Shown here: positions 1 through 12,133 of the stretch, in pieces
Position numbering within the stretch: the stretch's first letter is position 1
How the letters are laid out: the number at the start of each line of letters is the position of its first letter
From: Tubiluchus corallicola
Lineage: Eukaryota; Animalia; Priapulida
Direction of reading: 5' to 3'
Assembly: GCA_030141605.1 (NCBI GenBank)
Contig: JAQGDQ010001134.1
Span: 1-60,100 of the forward strand
DNA length: 60,100 nucleotides
Program-made: the position numbers and the translations under genes
The notes under the pieces: generated by a model
Told to the model about the DNA's origin: nothing
What the model saw: only the letters and a program-made list of their open reading frames with translations
Database searches by the model: none

Positions 1-1777
1 CACATGAACACTCATACTGGATTGAAACCCCACAAATGTGACTTATGTGACAAATCATTTTCTCGGCGAGGTAGTCTTCTCACTCACATGAACACTCACA
101 CTGGATTGAAACCCCACAAATGTGACTTATGTGACAAATCGTTTTCTGTGCGAGGTAGTCTTCTCAGGCACATGAACACACACACTGGAATGAAACCCCA
201 TAAATGTGACTTATGTGACAAATCATTTTCTCAGCTATGAAACCCAAGCACATGAACACACACAACGGAATGAAAACCCACAAATGTGACTTATGTGACA
301 AATCATTTTCTCAGCGAGGTAGTCTTCTCAAGCACATGAACACTCATACCGGAATGAAACCTCACAAATGTGACTTATGTGACAAATCATTTTCTCAGCG
401 AGGTAGTCTTCTCATTCACATGAACACTCATACCGGAATGAAGCCCCATAAATGTGACCTATGTGACAAATCATTTTCTCACCAAAATCATCTTCTCAGG
501 CACAGAACACTCATACTGGAATGAAACCCCACAAATGTGACTTATGTGACAAATCATTTTCTCAGCGAGGTAGTCTTCTCAGGCACATGAACACACATAG
601 TGGAATGAAATCCCACAAATGTGACTTATGTGACAAATCATTTTCTGAGCGAGGTCATCTTCGCAAGCACATGAACACTCACACTGGAATGAAGCCACAC
701 AAATGTGATTTATGCGACAAATCATTTTCTCAACAAGGTAATCTTCTTAGTCACATGAACACTCATAGTGGAATGAAACCCCACAGATGTGACTTATGTG
801 ACAAATCATTTTCTCAACAAGGTAGTCTTCTTAGTCACATGAACACTCATAGTGGAATGAAACCCCACAAATGTGACTTATGTGACAAATCATTTTCTCA
901 GCGAGGTCATCTTCTCAGGCACATGAACACACATAGTGGAATGAAACCCCACAGATGTGACTTATGTGACAAATCATTTTCTCAACAAGGTAGTCTTCTC
1001 AGTCACATGAACACTCATAGTGGAATGAAACCCCACAAATGTGACTTATGTGACAAATCATTTTCTGAGCGAGGTAATCTTCTCAGGCACATGAACACAC
1101 ATAGTGGAATGAAATCCCACAAATGTGACTTATGTGACAAATCATTTTCTGAGCGAGGTCATCTTCGCAAGCACATGAACACTCACACTGGAATGAAGCC
1201 ACACAAATGTGACTTATGTGACAAATCATTTTCTCAGCGAGGTAGTCTTCTCAGTCACATGAACACTCATACTGGAATGAAACCACACAAATGTGACTTA
1301 TGTGACAAATCATTTTCTCAACAAGGTAATCTTCTTAGTCACATGAACACTCATAGTGGAATGAAACCCCACAAATGTGACTTATGTGACAAATCATTTT
1401 CTCAACGAGGTAGTCTTCTCAGGCACATGAACACTCATAGTGGAATGAAACCCCACAAATGTGACTTATGTGACAAATCATTTTCTCAACAAGGTAGTCT
1501 TCTCAGTCACATGAACACTCATAGTGGAATGAAACCCCACAAATGTGACTTATGTGACAAATCATTTTCTGAGCGAGGTAGTCTTCTCAGGCACATGAAC
1601 ACACATAGTGGAATGAAACCCCACAAATGTGACTTATGTGACAAATCATTTTCTGAGCGAGGTAATCTTCTCAGGCACATGAACACACATAGTGGAATGA
1701 AACCCCACAAATGTGATTGGTTTCTTTTTACCAGGTACTTCAACATCAAGCCACATATCCTCAACTTGTATATGTGA
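1..1777 (+). pseudogene. Tandem C2H2 zinc-finger array (about 19 intact fingers), frameshifted and 3'-truncated; continues off the left edge
   Basis: ORFs 4..240, 237..524 and 521..1777 are successive frames of one 84-bp repeat encoding HKCDLCDKSFSxxxxLxxHMNTH(T/S)GMKP. Frame breaks at about 236-247 and about 505 (cac ag aac, 1 nt short). The last finger is cut at HKCD (about 1716) by LINE sequence. The frameshifts could be sequencing errors. Confidence 0.85.
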
Positions 1778-2086
1778 TTTTTGGGTAATGCTATTACCAT
1801 TCTTACTTGTAGTTACTATTTCTGTATTACAATTAATTTTGTACTTATCTTTTACTGTACACCTCAAACCCGATTTAAGATATATAGCTACGTCACCTGC
1901 GCAAGTTTTAGAATCAACATGCAACAAAGTATAGTTAGGTAACCTCATTATAAAAGATTAAGTTCGTTCAATCTTGTTTCCGATATTCCAATAATATCGG
2001 GAGGAACAGTAAAATGCATGAGTACGTTTAGCATATTAGAAAACCTCTTCTGAATACTATTGAGATTAAAATGTACTATTAATATT
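1717..2086 (-). mobile_element. Non-LTR retrotransposon AP-endonuclease fragment (CR1/L2-like)
   Basis: Minus-strand translation IVHFNLNSIQKRF...PPDIIGISETRL, then after a frameshift LPNYTLLHVDSKTCAGDVAIYLK...EDMWLDV: EEP/APE motifs of LINE ORF2. Confidence 0.75.
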
Positions 2087-3257
2087 ATGAAGATAATATA
2101 ATTATAGCTTATTAGAATTGTGAAGATAATATATCATAGTGTATTTATGAAGACTAATTAGCTTAGCCATTATCACCATTAGTTCGTAAGTTGAACTCCC
2201 GAAGTAAACTTGTCTCTTAAGCCAACAAGAGGGTATGCATACCTGAGTTCTTGTAAGCAATGTAAAGGTACCTCACCAAACATTGTCCATTCATACAGTG
2301 ACAAACCTCAGTGGTGGCACTATCCCAAATGGTAGAGTCCAGCATCGAAAAATGGCAAAAGAGAGCATGTGGCCAGCTCTGTCAAGACTGGCTTAACATG
2401 AATCACTGCTCAAAACCAACACATATTAGTCCATGCTTCAACGATCACCAAGCTGTAGCTCTACCATAAGCTTGTAACAGTAGCCAACAGATGGCAGCAT
2501 AATAGTTTTCTAAAAGATAGTCATTATACCAAAAATAATAGATAAATAATAATCAGCTTGTTACAAACGAGTTAAAAAACATTTCACGTTACACAAAGTT
2601 TGCACACATTAGTATAAAAATACGTCAAACAATAATAAAAGTTTTCAAGAAAAGGAAAGGATGAAGTTAAAACTTTTATTTTCCTTCCCTTTTTAGTTGT
2701 CGTTATTCTATCCAAATCTAATTTTTTTGATCTTATTATGTGTGATTATAGAGTATATATTATATTTCACATTACATGTACATCACACTAACATGCGCAC
2801 ACATTAAATGGTATAAAAATACACTACACTACATCACATATATTAAACTAAATAATACACATTAAATTAGATTTTACTTTTAAAATTGTTTTATATCGAA
2901 ACTCACACGTTACATCATATAAGAACACTACATCTAAAATTACATATACTAAAAAGTTATTACAGTACTTTTTAAAATGGTTTACTAATACTGTGTATAG
3001 ATAATTTTCGGTACGGTATTTTAGAACAGTATTTATAATAGAAGCTTTAATTTAGTTTACAATATATAGGTCAACAAAATAATAGACAGTTTTGCATCAA
3101 TTTTGCACCCAAATGTTGTCTATGGATACATACACTCAACCTTGGATATAAGGGACACCTCCAGAAAAAATCGTCCTTTATTAGTTGTCCCTCAAACCGA
3201 AGTTGAGTCAGACCGAGTGTAGACCTGTACTTTTACCCATATTTTTATGGATTATTG

Positions 3258-5039
3258 CTACGTATGAGTGTTCATGTGCCTGAGAAGACTACCTCGCTCA
3301 GAAAATGATTTGTCACATAAGTCACATTTGTGGGATTTCATTCCAGTATGAGTGTTCATGTGACTAAGAAGATGACCTCGCTGAGAAAATGATTTGTCAC
3401 ATAAGTCACATTTGTGGGGTTTCATTCCAGTATGAGTGTTCATGTGCGTGAGAAGATTACCTCGCTGAGCAAATGATTTGTCACATAAGTCACATTTGTG
3501 GGGTTTCATTCTAGTATGAGTGTTCATGTGACTAAGAAGATGACCTCGCGCAGAAAATGATTTGTCACATAAGTCACATTTGTGGGGTTTCATTCCAGTA
3601 TGAGTGTTCATGTGCATGAGAAGACTACATCGCGCAGAAAATGATTTGTCACATAAGTCACATTTGTGGGGTTTCATTCCAGTATGAGTGTTCATGTGCC
3701 CAAGAAGATGATGATGGCGAGAAAATGATTTGTCACATAAATCACATTTATGGGGCTTCATTCCAGTATGAGTGTTCACGTGAATGAGAAGACTACCTCG
3801 CCGAGAAAATGATTTGTTACATAAGTCACATTTGTGGGGTTTCATTCCAGTATGAGTGTTCATGTGCCTGATAAGACTACATCGCGCAGAAAATGATTTG
3901 TCACATAAGTCACATTTGTGGGGTTTCATTCCAGTATGAGTGTTCATGTGCGTGAGAAGACTACATCGCGCAGAAAATGATTTGTCACATAAGTCACATT
4001 TGTGGGGTTTCATTCCAGTATGAGTGTTCCTGTGCTCAAGAAGATGATGATGGTGAGAAAATGATTTGTCACATAAGTCACATTTATGGGGCTTCATTCC
4101 AGTATGAGTGTTCATGTGAATGAGAAGACTACCTCGCCGAGAAAATGATTTGTTACATAAGTCACATTTATGGGGCTTCATTCCAGTATGAGTGTTCATG
4201 TGCCCAACAAGATGATGATGGCGAGAAAATGATTTGTCACATAAGTCACATTTATGGGGCTTCATTCCAGTATGAGTGTTCATGTGAATGAGAAGACTAC
4301 CTCGCCGAGAAAATGATTTGTTACATAAGTCACATTTGTGGGGTTTCATTCCAGTATGAGTGTTCATGTGCCTGACAAGACTACTTCGCTGAGAAAATGA
4401 TTTGTCACATACGTCACATTTGTGGGGTTTCATTCCAGTATGAATGTTCATGTGCTTGAGAAGACTACCTCGCTCAGAAAATGATTTATCACATAAGTCA
4501 CATTTGTGAGGTTTCATTCCCGTGTGAGTGTTCACGTGCCTGAGAAGATGACCTCGCTGAGAAAATGATTTGTCACATAAGTCACATTTGTGGGTTTTCA
4601 TTCCATTATGGGTATTCATGTGCTTGAGAAGACTACCTCGCTCAGAAAATGATTTGTCACATAAGTCACATTTGTGAGGTTTCATTCCAGTATGAGTGTT
4701 CATGTGAATGAGAAGACTACCTCGCCGAGAAAATGATTTGTTACATAAGTCACATTTATGGGGCTTCATTCCAGTATGAGTGTTCATGTGCCCAACAAGA
4801 TGATGATGGCGAGAAAATGATTTGTCACATAAGTCACATTTATGGGGCTTCATTCCAGTATGAGTGTTCATGTGCCTGAGAAGATTACCTTGCCGAGAAA
4901 AATATTTGCCACATAAGTCACATTTGTTGGGTTTCATTCCAGTATGAGTGTTCATGTGCTTGAGAAGATTACCTCGCCGAGAAAATGATTTGTCACATAA
5001 GTCACATTTGTGGGGTTTCATTCCAGTATGAGTGTTCAT
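3258..5039 (-). CDS. C2H2 zinc-finger array protein, 21 tandem fingers (possibly a last exon or a pseudogene)
   Basis: Uninterrupted 593-aa ORF of 28-aa CX2CX12HX3H repeats with TGMKP linkers; ends HMNTHT-stop. A degenerate finger with two stops lies just upstream (5040-5080). No effector domain seen. Confidence 0.85.
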   Translation of the reverse strand: MNTHTGMKPHKCDLCDKSFSRRGNLLKHMNTHTGMKPNKCDLCGKYFSRQGNLLRHMNTHTGMKPHKCDLCDKSFSRHHHLVGHMNTHTGMKPHKCDLCNKSFSRRGSLLIHMNTHTGMKPHKCDLCDKSFSERGSLLKHMNTHNGMKTHKCDLCDKSFSQRGHLLRHVNTHTGMKPHKCDLCDKSFSERGSLLKHMNIHTGMKPHKCDVCDKSFSQRSSLVRHMNTHTGMKPHKCDLCNKSFSRRGSLLIHMNTHTGMKPHKCDLCDKSFSRHHHLVGHMNTHTGMKPHKCDLCNKSFSRRGSLLIHMNTHTGMKPHKCDLCDKSFSHHHHLLEHRNTHTGMKPHKCDLCDKSFSARCSLLTHMNTHTGMKPHKCDLCDKSFSARCSLIRHMNTHTGMKPHKCDLCNKSFSRRGSLLIHVNTHTGMKPHKCDLCDKSFSRHHHLLGHMNTHTGMKPHKCDLCDKSFSARCSLLMHMNTHTGMKPHKCDLCDKSFSARGHLLSHMNTHTRMKPHKCDLCDKSFAQRGNLLTHMNTHTGMKPHKCDLCDKSFSQRGHLLSHMNTHTGMKSHKCDLCDKSFSERGSLLRHMNTHT

Positions 5040-5322
5040 GTGACTAAAAAGATGACTTTACTAAGAAAAGGGTTTCATTCTTGTGTTATGTTCAGGTTTC
5101 TTGCACGGCATGCTTCAATAGCAAAAATATTTCTTGTTCTGCGTATAGCTGCAAGCTTTAAGTACGTTTATCCACAACTGCCGATACTCGGTTTCCTAAG
5201 ATTGTAGATCACAGTTGCGAGACTTCAATTCACGTGCAGGAGGCAACAACTATATTGAAAAGAAACCAAAAATAAAATTTACAGTTAATAATGCAGCATC
5301 TATATTGAGCGCGTTATTATTA

Positions 5323-5862
5323 CAGTAAACTCCGCATAACTCATGATCAAATAACTCAAATTTTCACCTAACTCAAAGAATTTCTGCAAAAAGGATGAAA
5401 TCCTTCATTTTCCTGCAAAAAACATCAACTAACTCAAATAAAAAATTATGGTCCATTTAATCAAAAAACAGGTAAACTTACTTCTCCTAACTAAAAAAAC
5501 GCAATTTATACTCCAGAAAAATGAAAAAGTTTTGTACAACTCAAAAACAGTATCGTCTTCCGGGAAAATTCTGATAAGTCGTGCCCCCACTCCCAATTAT
5601 TTTCTCCGGGATAGATCTTTGCGTGTTGTTCATATATCCTCTTGCAACATAAAAAATCGTGTTTCACTACATAACTTGTTATTTTTTATATAATTGTCAT
5701 CAAATCTCGTCGTTTATGTCTAGAAGGGTCGACTTTCTGTCTTCTATTTAGCTCGCCATCTGGAGGAGAGGTTTAGAGTTTCTGTGTTGGAAAATGGTCG
5801 ACATAACCAAACTCAAAAGGTTTTTTCAGTCCCTTTAAATTTGAGTTATGCGGATTTTACTG
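5323..5862. mobile_element. Tc1/mariner-type MITE
   Basis: TIRs CAGTAAACTCCGCATAACTCA ... TGAGTTATGCGGATTTTACTG flanked by TA on both sides. Confidence 0.8.
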
Positions 5863-5989
5863 TATAACTATGCAACAGGTTTCAACTTAATAATAGAAAG
5901 GCGCAAGCTGAAACTACATTTTAACAAAAGACTAGAACTTAACTTATCAAAATGAAACCTGAGGAAGATAAGGAAAAGACAAATCTGTG

Positions 5990-7501
5990 TTGAAATTGTA
6001 AGTATGATGGTGAATGCATGTATGGTAGTAGGTGCGGATACAGACATTTTTTAACGATGATGAAAAGAGGTACCTAAGAATACAAGAACTAGAAGTACAG
6101 CAGACAACCCTAGAAGCTGATAAAAATGAACAAAAGACACAAAATGAAAGTCTGGTTGAGCAAATTAGTTTTTTAATGAGGGAAATCAATGCAATAAAAG
6201 AAAAACTGTGGAATTAGGAAAAAAATTAAAAGTGAAAAGATCTCAGAAAAAGAAAAAGAGATTTAAAAATTTTAATGTAGTGTATACAAATTGCTGAGGA
6301 CTAGATAATAAGTTAGAGTCATTGTATGGAGTGATAAGGGAAAAAAGCCTAGTGTAACAGGAATTGTTGAAACCCATTTGGGGGAAGAAGAATTAGTGAA
6401 AATTGAGGGTTATAAAGTTTTCCACCTGAATAGACTTAAAAAATGTAACAACAAAGGCTGACCAGTATAATGAAGTAGGAGAACAATTATGGGTTGTAAT
6501 GGATAATTCAAAAGTAAGATTGAGAGTAGGATTATGGTATGCACCTCAGGAAAGTAGGACAGATAAAGAAGAAATGAAGAAAATGTGTGAACAGATACGA
6601 AAGCACGTACAAAAAGCAAAAAATGAAAACCAGAAGTGCTTGCTTATAGGTGACTTCAATGCAAAAGTAGGAAGTTGAGATAAGTTGTGGTTGAAGGATG
6701 CATTGACAGAACTATGGAGGATGGGCATATCAGCAGGAGATATTTTTATGATATATAAACAAAATGAAATTGCAGAAAGAGTCATAGAAACACCATTAGG
6801 TAAAACAGACCAGATAGAAATAAATGAAATAGTCCGACAAGGAACAGTGCTGGGACCATTACTATGTTGTGCTGCAATAAACCGAATTAATGAGATGGTG
6901 ATAACAGGGACTGTAATGGGCAGGAATAAACATGTGGGTATGCTATTATTCATTGATGACATTGTGGGAATAGGACAGGAAACTATAATCAAACAGATGA
7001 TTAAAAACTGTCAAGAAATTGAAAGAACCAAAAGATTATCATTCAATATACAGAAAACACAATATATGAGAACAAACATGACACGAAAGAAAAGGATTCC
7101 AGAATTATGTGAGTCACTAAGGAACGGAGAGGTTAAAGAAGCAGAGGAATGCCAATATTTGGGAAATTGGATTAATACAAAATGCAGTTATGAAACAATG
7201 TTGGGAAAACGAACCGGGAAAAATAAAATGATAATTAGTTACATCAATACAATAGGAGGTGAGCTGAAAGTGGGAGATTGCTCAATAGGGGTTAAACTAA
7301 TGCTGTACGAGCTTCTTTCAGTGAGTGCAGTGCTAAATAGTTCCAAAATATGGTCAAATTTGACAACTGATTGGGAGAAATTAGAAATGATTCAAGCAAA
7401 TGCTTTAACAACCTTATTTAATCTTATTGAATCAATGCCATACTGGGAATTAGTAACTGAAATAGGCATATGGCCTCTGAAACAAAAAGTGAATTATAGG
7501 A
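5990..7501 (+). mobile_element. Decayed LINE, 5' part (coiled-coil ORF1 remnant, endonuclease, reverse transcriptase)
   Basis: EN motifs VVYTNC, GIVETHL, LWYAPQ, LIGDFNAKVG are fused by an internal deletion directly to RT motifs DKLWL, VRQGTVLGPLLC, LLFIDDI, YLG (ORF 6685..7551). Several stops and frameshifts. 5' boundary approximate. Confidence 0.85.
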
Positions 7502-9640
7502 TAGTCATTCTCCACAGAACGTACAATTCTTGTCCCAGGATAATTTTTTAAATAACAAAGTTTCTGGTGCGATACTATCTCATGACTGGTAGACACCAAG
7601 GAAAGAGACTTATTCCAGTTGAATTTGTGGCCAGAAAAGTGATTTGGACATTTCTACTGAAGCTGAAATCAGTTCCTGTGAAAGTTTTTCCTATGTCTCC
7701 AGTGCCCATTTTCAACTTTTCCATATAACGTTAGATTTGGCAGAAAGCATCCGTTTAAAAATTAATTTGCAGTATTTTATTCTAAACAACACGCTAAAAG
7801 TGAAAATCCTCTTCCCAAATACTTTCAGAACTAGCAAATATTCGTGTTGCTTAATTTCATGCATGTCTCCGTGTTCATGTGTCATTCCTGTTACTTTGGT
7901 GGAAAAGCTGAGGCATGTACCACTGAATTGACTCTATTGTTTTAAATATTTGTTAGCAGAGAGCACCACCTATTGTGATTTGGCAAACTTTTTAACGGTG
8001 GCTTCTCCAAAAATGTTTTTTTAGTTTCCTGACAAAAGTTTTGGTTCATTGTTCCTGGATATGTTAATTCATGATCATTACTGTTACATATCCTGTTATT
8101 AAAAAACAGAACATAAAATGCTTATAATCAAGTCTGGATAATTTTAGTAATTTACTGTGTTGAATCTAATTATTTGGAAAGGGTGAAGTAGCATAGTTAG
8201 TCCGTGTGAGCAGGTTTTCTGCTTGACAGTCATTCCTGTTGCTGTCACTCCTGTTATAATCGTTCAAGTTACAGGAGTGACAACAAAGTAACAGCAATGA
8301 CACGTAAGAAGATATTTTGATATTTCAGGGTAGTACCGTGTAGTAGCAGAGAGACTATCTGGCTTATAGGAAGGACATTAGCACAACGTGAAGTTTCTAC
8401 TTTTCACAGTTTAAACAATGGCAGAACAAATCTGTTCTGGTCTATTTCATAAACAATCCATTATATAATGAATTTTAGTAAATTTACATTAGAGAAATCC
8501 AACATTTCTAGCTATGAACAACACTAAAGAAGCACGAGTTGAATCTGCCTTAATTGTAAAAACTTAGCTTTAAATCAAAGTCACATTTTTGCTCCATAGG
8601 ACAGTTTGCTGTCTATATATATATATAGGACAGCAAAATGTATATATCTATATGTATATATATATATATATATATATAAAAGAAGCAATATGTATATATA
8701 TATATAGATATATATTGCTTCTTTAATCAATCATTAATGATAGATTACATTTTCTGTTTTTTTTCCTCTATGATTATTGTTTTCATAGATACCTTTAATT
8801 TTGCTATAATGCTTTTGTTTTGTTGCAAATTTTAATGATTCGTAATATATTCCTGACAAAGACTGCTAGAGCACAGCAGAAACGATGGATTTTCCAACTA
8901 TAATTTATTGTATAGTGAGTTTTTTATGAAATGGATATTGTTCTTTTTATAAAAAATTTAAAAGCTGTATTTTTCTGTTCTTGTCAAACAGCTAAGAAGA
9001 TCTTATAAAACATTTGTTGTTGCTTATATAGTGTGCATATGAGTCATTCCTGTTGTACTGTTACCTCACTAGTCATTGCTGTTTCCTTGTCATTCCTGTT
9101 ATTGCCCAAAATTTCTCTATAGTTCTGAAATGGAATCTTCTTCTGAGCAATGAAGTGTCACATCTAATTTATTTTTATCACCATTACATTCCTACAATGT
9201 GATATGTTTTCATCCTTCCTCGTAAATGAGCAATGTCCATTCAAGATGCATGTCAGATGCAAAAACTGCCCAACAAACGTGAAATCCAGTTCAACGTATA
9301 ATTACAATAATATACATTGCAGTTGTATAAAAATTTGACCAGATATTTATAGCAAGGGACAAAAAATATATTTTATAAGACAATTGGTTTATGACACTGG
9401 TTGATGTTCATAGGTTGTATTGCACACCTCATGTCTGTAACAGTAATGACAAAAGTAATTATTCAGATAACTTTAAAATGGTCATAGTAAATTTTTAAAA
9501 GTGTTTTAAGCTCTGTCAGTATCCTTTTTGTATACAAGGGAACCTTATTAATAACAGGGCAGAGTAATTTTAAGAACATCTTTCCAGTCATTTAGCAGAC
9601 TTTTTCACATCTGTTTTGCACGTTCTGTAGAGATTGACCC
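7502..9640. mobile_element. Non-autonomous TIR DNA transposon nested in the LINE, 4-bp TSD AGGA
   Basis: Left TAGTCATTCTCCACAGAACGTACAA versus reverse complement of right end GGGTCAATCTCTACAGAACGTGCAA. AGGA at 7498-7501 and 9641-9644. Removing it restores LINE frame KQKVNYRRLKFYRNLLISKPKRL. Confidence 0.8.
8613..8716. repeat. (TA)n microsatellite cluster
   Basis: Interrupted TA runs visible directly. Confidence 0.9.
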
Positions 9641-10297
9641 AGGAGATTGAAGTTCTATCGGAATTTACTGATCAGTAAACCAAAGAGATTAGCATCAGAG
9701 GTACTCGAAATGCAAATAAACAGAGCACATGAAAGGTCATGGTGTAATGAAGTAGTTGAGGCTGCAAAAAATATACCATAGATGCTAAACAAAGGAAGAA
9801 GGTCATGAAAAAGTCTGAATGGAAGAAAGAAATAAAGAATAAGATTGAATGTCTTATAAAGAATGAATGAGCAGGAAAATGCAGAAGCAACACTAAATTA
9901 AGATTTTTAATGCATATCGAGTGGAAACGACAAAATTACATAGACACATGCAAGCCAGAAGAGGTTAAAGATATATTGAAAATAAGACTGAATATAACTA
10001 AAGTTAAAGGAAACTACAAGAAAAAGTTTAAGGCCCAGTTATTATGCCCAGTGGGGAAGATGATGATACTACTGAACATAGGCTTAGATGTGACAGATAT
10101 TGAAAATGGAAAAAAAATTGAACTCAGAATAGATATATTATTATTATTATGAACTGTGAAAAGGAAGGATTGCTAGAAATTAGGAATCTAGTGAACGAAT
10201 GCATGGAATACAGGATAAAGACATTAAACTGGGAAAAGACAACTAAAAGATCAGCGTTATAGAAGAATATACTTTGCACCCTATAAAACTATAAAAG
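9641..10297 (+). mobile_element. Decayed LINE, 3' part of ORF2
   Basis: Continues the RT frame (RLKFYRNLL...KSEWKKEIK...LKIRLNITKVKGNYK...LCPV); ends near tataaaactataaaa. End approximate. Confidence 0.7.
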
Positions 10298-11323
10298 TGC
10301 CCGCCTCTGATAGGTGGAAAGAGTCGAGTATCGCAATCGCAAAATCAACAAGGTTGTACTGGAAAAAAATGCACGGAAATGTCTACAAACAGGTAAACAA
10401 TTTCAAACACAGAAACAGATAGAGTGCTCTCATCTCAACACAGCGCTCAAAAATTTTGCACCATTTGCAAAAAGGGAAACTACAATATGGGAAATCAGAT
10501 GTAGAAGAATAGAACACAGAGATTTAACCCACCAGGACCACTACAAACATCGAGGGACAGAGTCAAACAAATTTCAAACACAGAAACAGATAGAGTGCTC
10601 TCACCATAGTGCTCTGACCGCTTCGTTCATTACATCATTCCATTCTGAAGCACACAATGTTTTCTTTATCATATGATTCACTTCAGATTTTTAGATTATT
10701 TTCGTTTCTTTTTTCTTACACTGTGTGGGGCAATATAACCAGCCTTGCCTTTTGATTGCCCGCAACACATTTACATTTGTATATAGGTCAACAGTGTGTG
10801 AAGCTTTTCTTGTACAGAAACAATAAAAACGTATTTGTGTTATGTTCATTGTAGGCCCTTTCACCATATATTGTACATGAAATTATTGTAAATGAGTAAT
10901 GTGAAATAAATGACTTATGAGAGTGCGATAAGCTACCACCAATGATAGTTGCATATTAAGAATTAAGCCGTGCATCAAAAAAATGTATAAGACTGCCGCT
11001 ACCTTGAGACCTTGAACATGACTTGCACTATAATTATAATGCTATATCACCTCTGCGTGCAGTATGGTGAGAGCCAAGCTGGTTTTTGCGATGCTCCCCA
11101 ATTCTTGTTCAAAGACGATGACCGGCTCACACTTGCTAGTTCACTTTCAGAGGGGAATCTCTACGTCTGAACATCATCATCATCTTAGGTGCTTCCGTTA
11201 TGTATATATAGGGCAATTGGTGCAAATAGGCTAGCCCAATTAGGACGCGTAGTAGATGGGTTAACCCAAGTATATTGTTTGCAATGAGTTTGCAATGAAT
11301 AGTAAAATAATGGTATTTCTTAA

Positions 11324-11869
11324 AGGAAAACCGGATGATCCTGTAAACATTAGTTCAGTATAAAGAATGCTTAAAAATATTGATAACTACAATAGCTTAT
11401 TTTAATTCGAAGCTTAGATTAAATAATAATTACCTCGGATACTCAAATTTGCTTAAACACTCAAAGCTACGCACGGCTCAGTGATGGTACTAAGATTGGC
11501 AGCGGCGCCTTTTTGTCACATGCGCATTGCCGACAAATAGAAGGCGGTACCGTGATAAGCATGATCATGAACTGCAGTGTTAGTTTCAAGACGTCGTATG
11601 ATGTAAAGCACATTTTTTGTGACATAAATTTAAACAATACTGTAACACTTATACAAATGTGCTTGACATGCAAGGGAAGACGCCTGTCATTGCACAAGCT
11701 GTGGTTAGTTTCTGACGTAAGCAATAGCTGTGTTCGGTTGCCATTAATTAATTTTCTAAGCTAAGTATTCAATATAAGGAACAATTGTTAACTTTTATAG
11801 GCAAGAAAATGTATATTTTGGACAGTAAATTAAAATGAGATTGGGTCTAAACAATCGTCCGGTTTTCCT
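11324..11869. mobile_element. Kolobok-like MITE (TTAA TSD, AGG termini)
   Basis: TTAA|AGGAAAACCGGATGAT ... ATCGTCCGGTTTTCCT|TTAA; homologous copies at 39134..39652 and about 50916..51486. Confidence 0.8.
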
Positions 11870-12133
11870 TTAAAGAATATTTTTATTGATAAACAAAAGA
11901 TAATTATTCTAGTTTATTTAAAAAAAGTCAAACTTCGTAAATGTCACTAAAAATAACACAAGTAAAAAATATTTAGGACGAGCGAGTTAACTCCGTCTGA
12001 GAGGGCCCATAATTTCATTATTCTAGCGGCCCTAAAAGGTCATAATCCAGCCCTGATCACCAGGTGTATCTTTGGTGTCCGGATCAAGTTGGTACGGATG
12101 TCGTTTGCAACAGTCATAAAGCAAAGCCATGGA

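Noticed and set aside
1-5039. Calling the ZNF arrays PRDM9
   Set aside because: No PR/SET, KRAB or SSXRD exon is visible; only the evolutionary pattern is similar.
7510-9632. Alternative element boundaries with a 3-bp ATT TSD
   Set aside because: The TIR similarity extends 8 bp further out, and only the AGGA boundaries restore the LINE reading frame.
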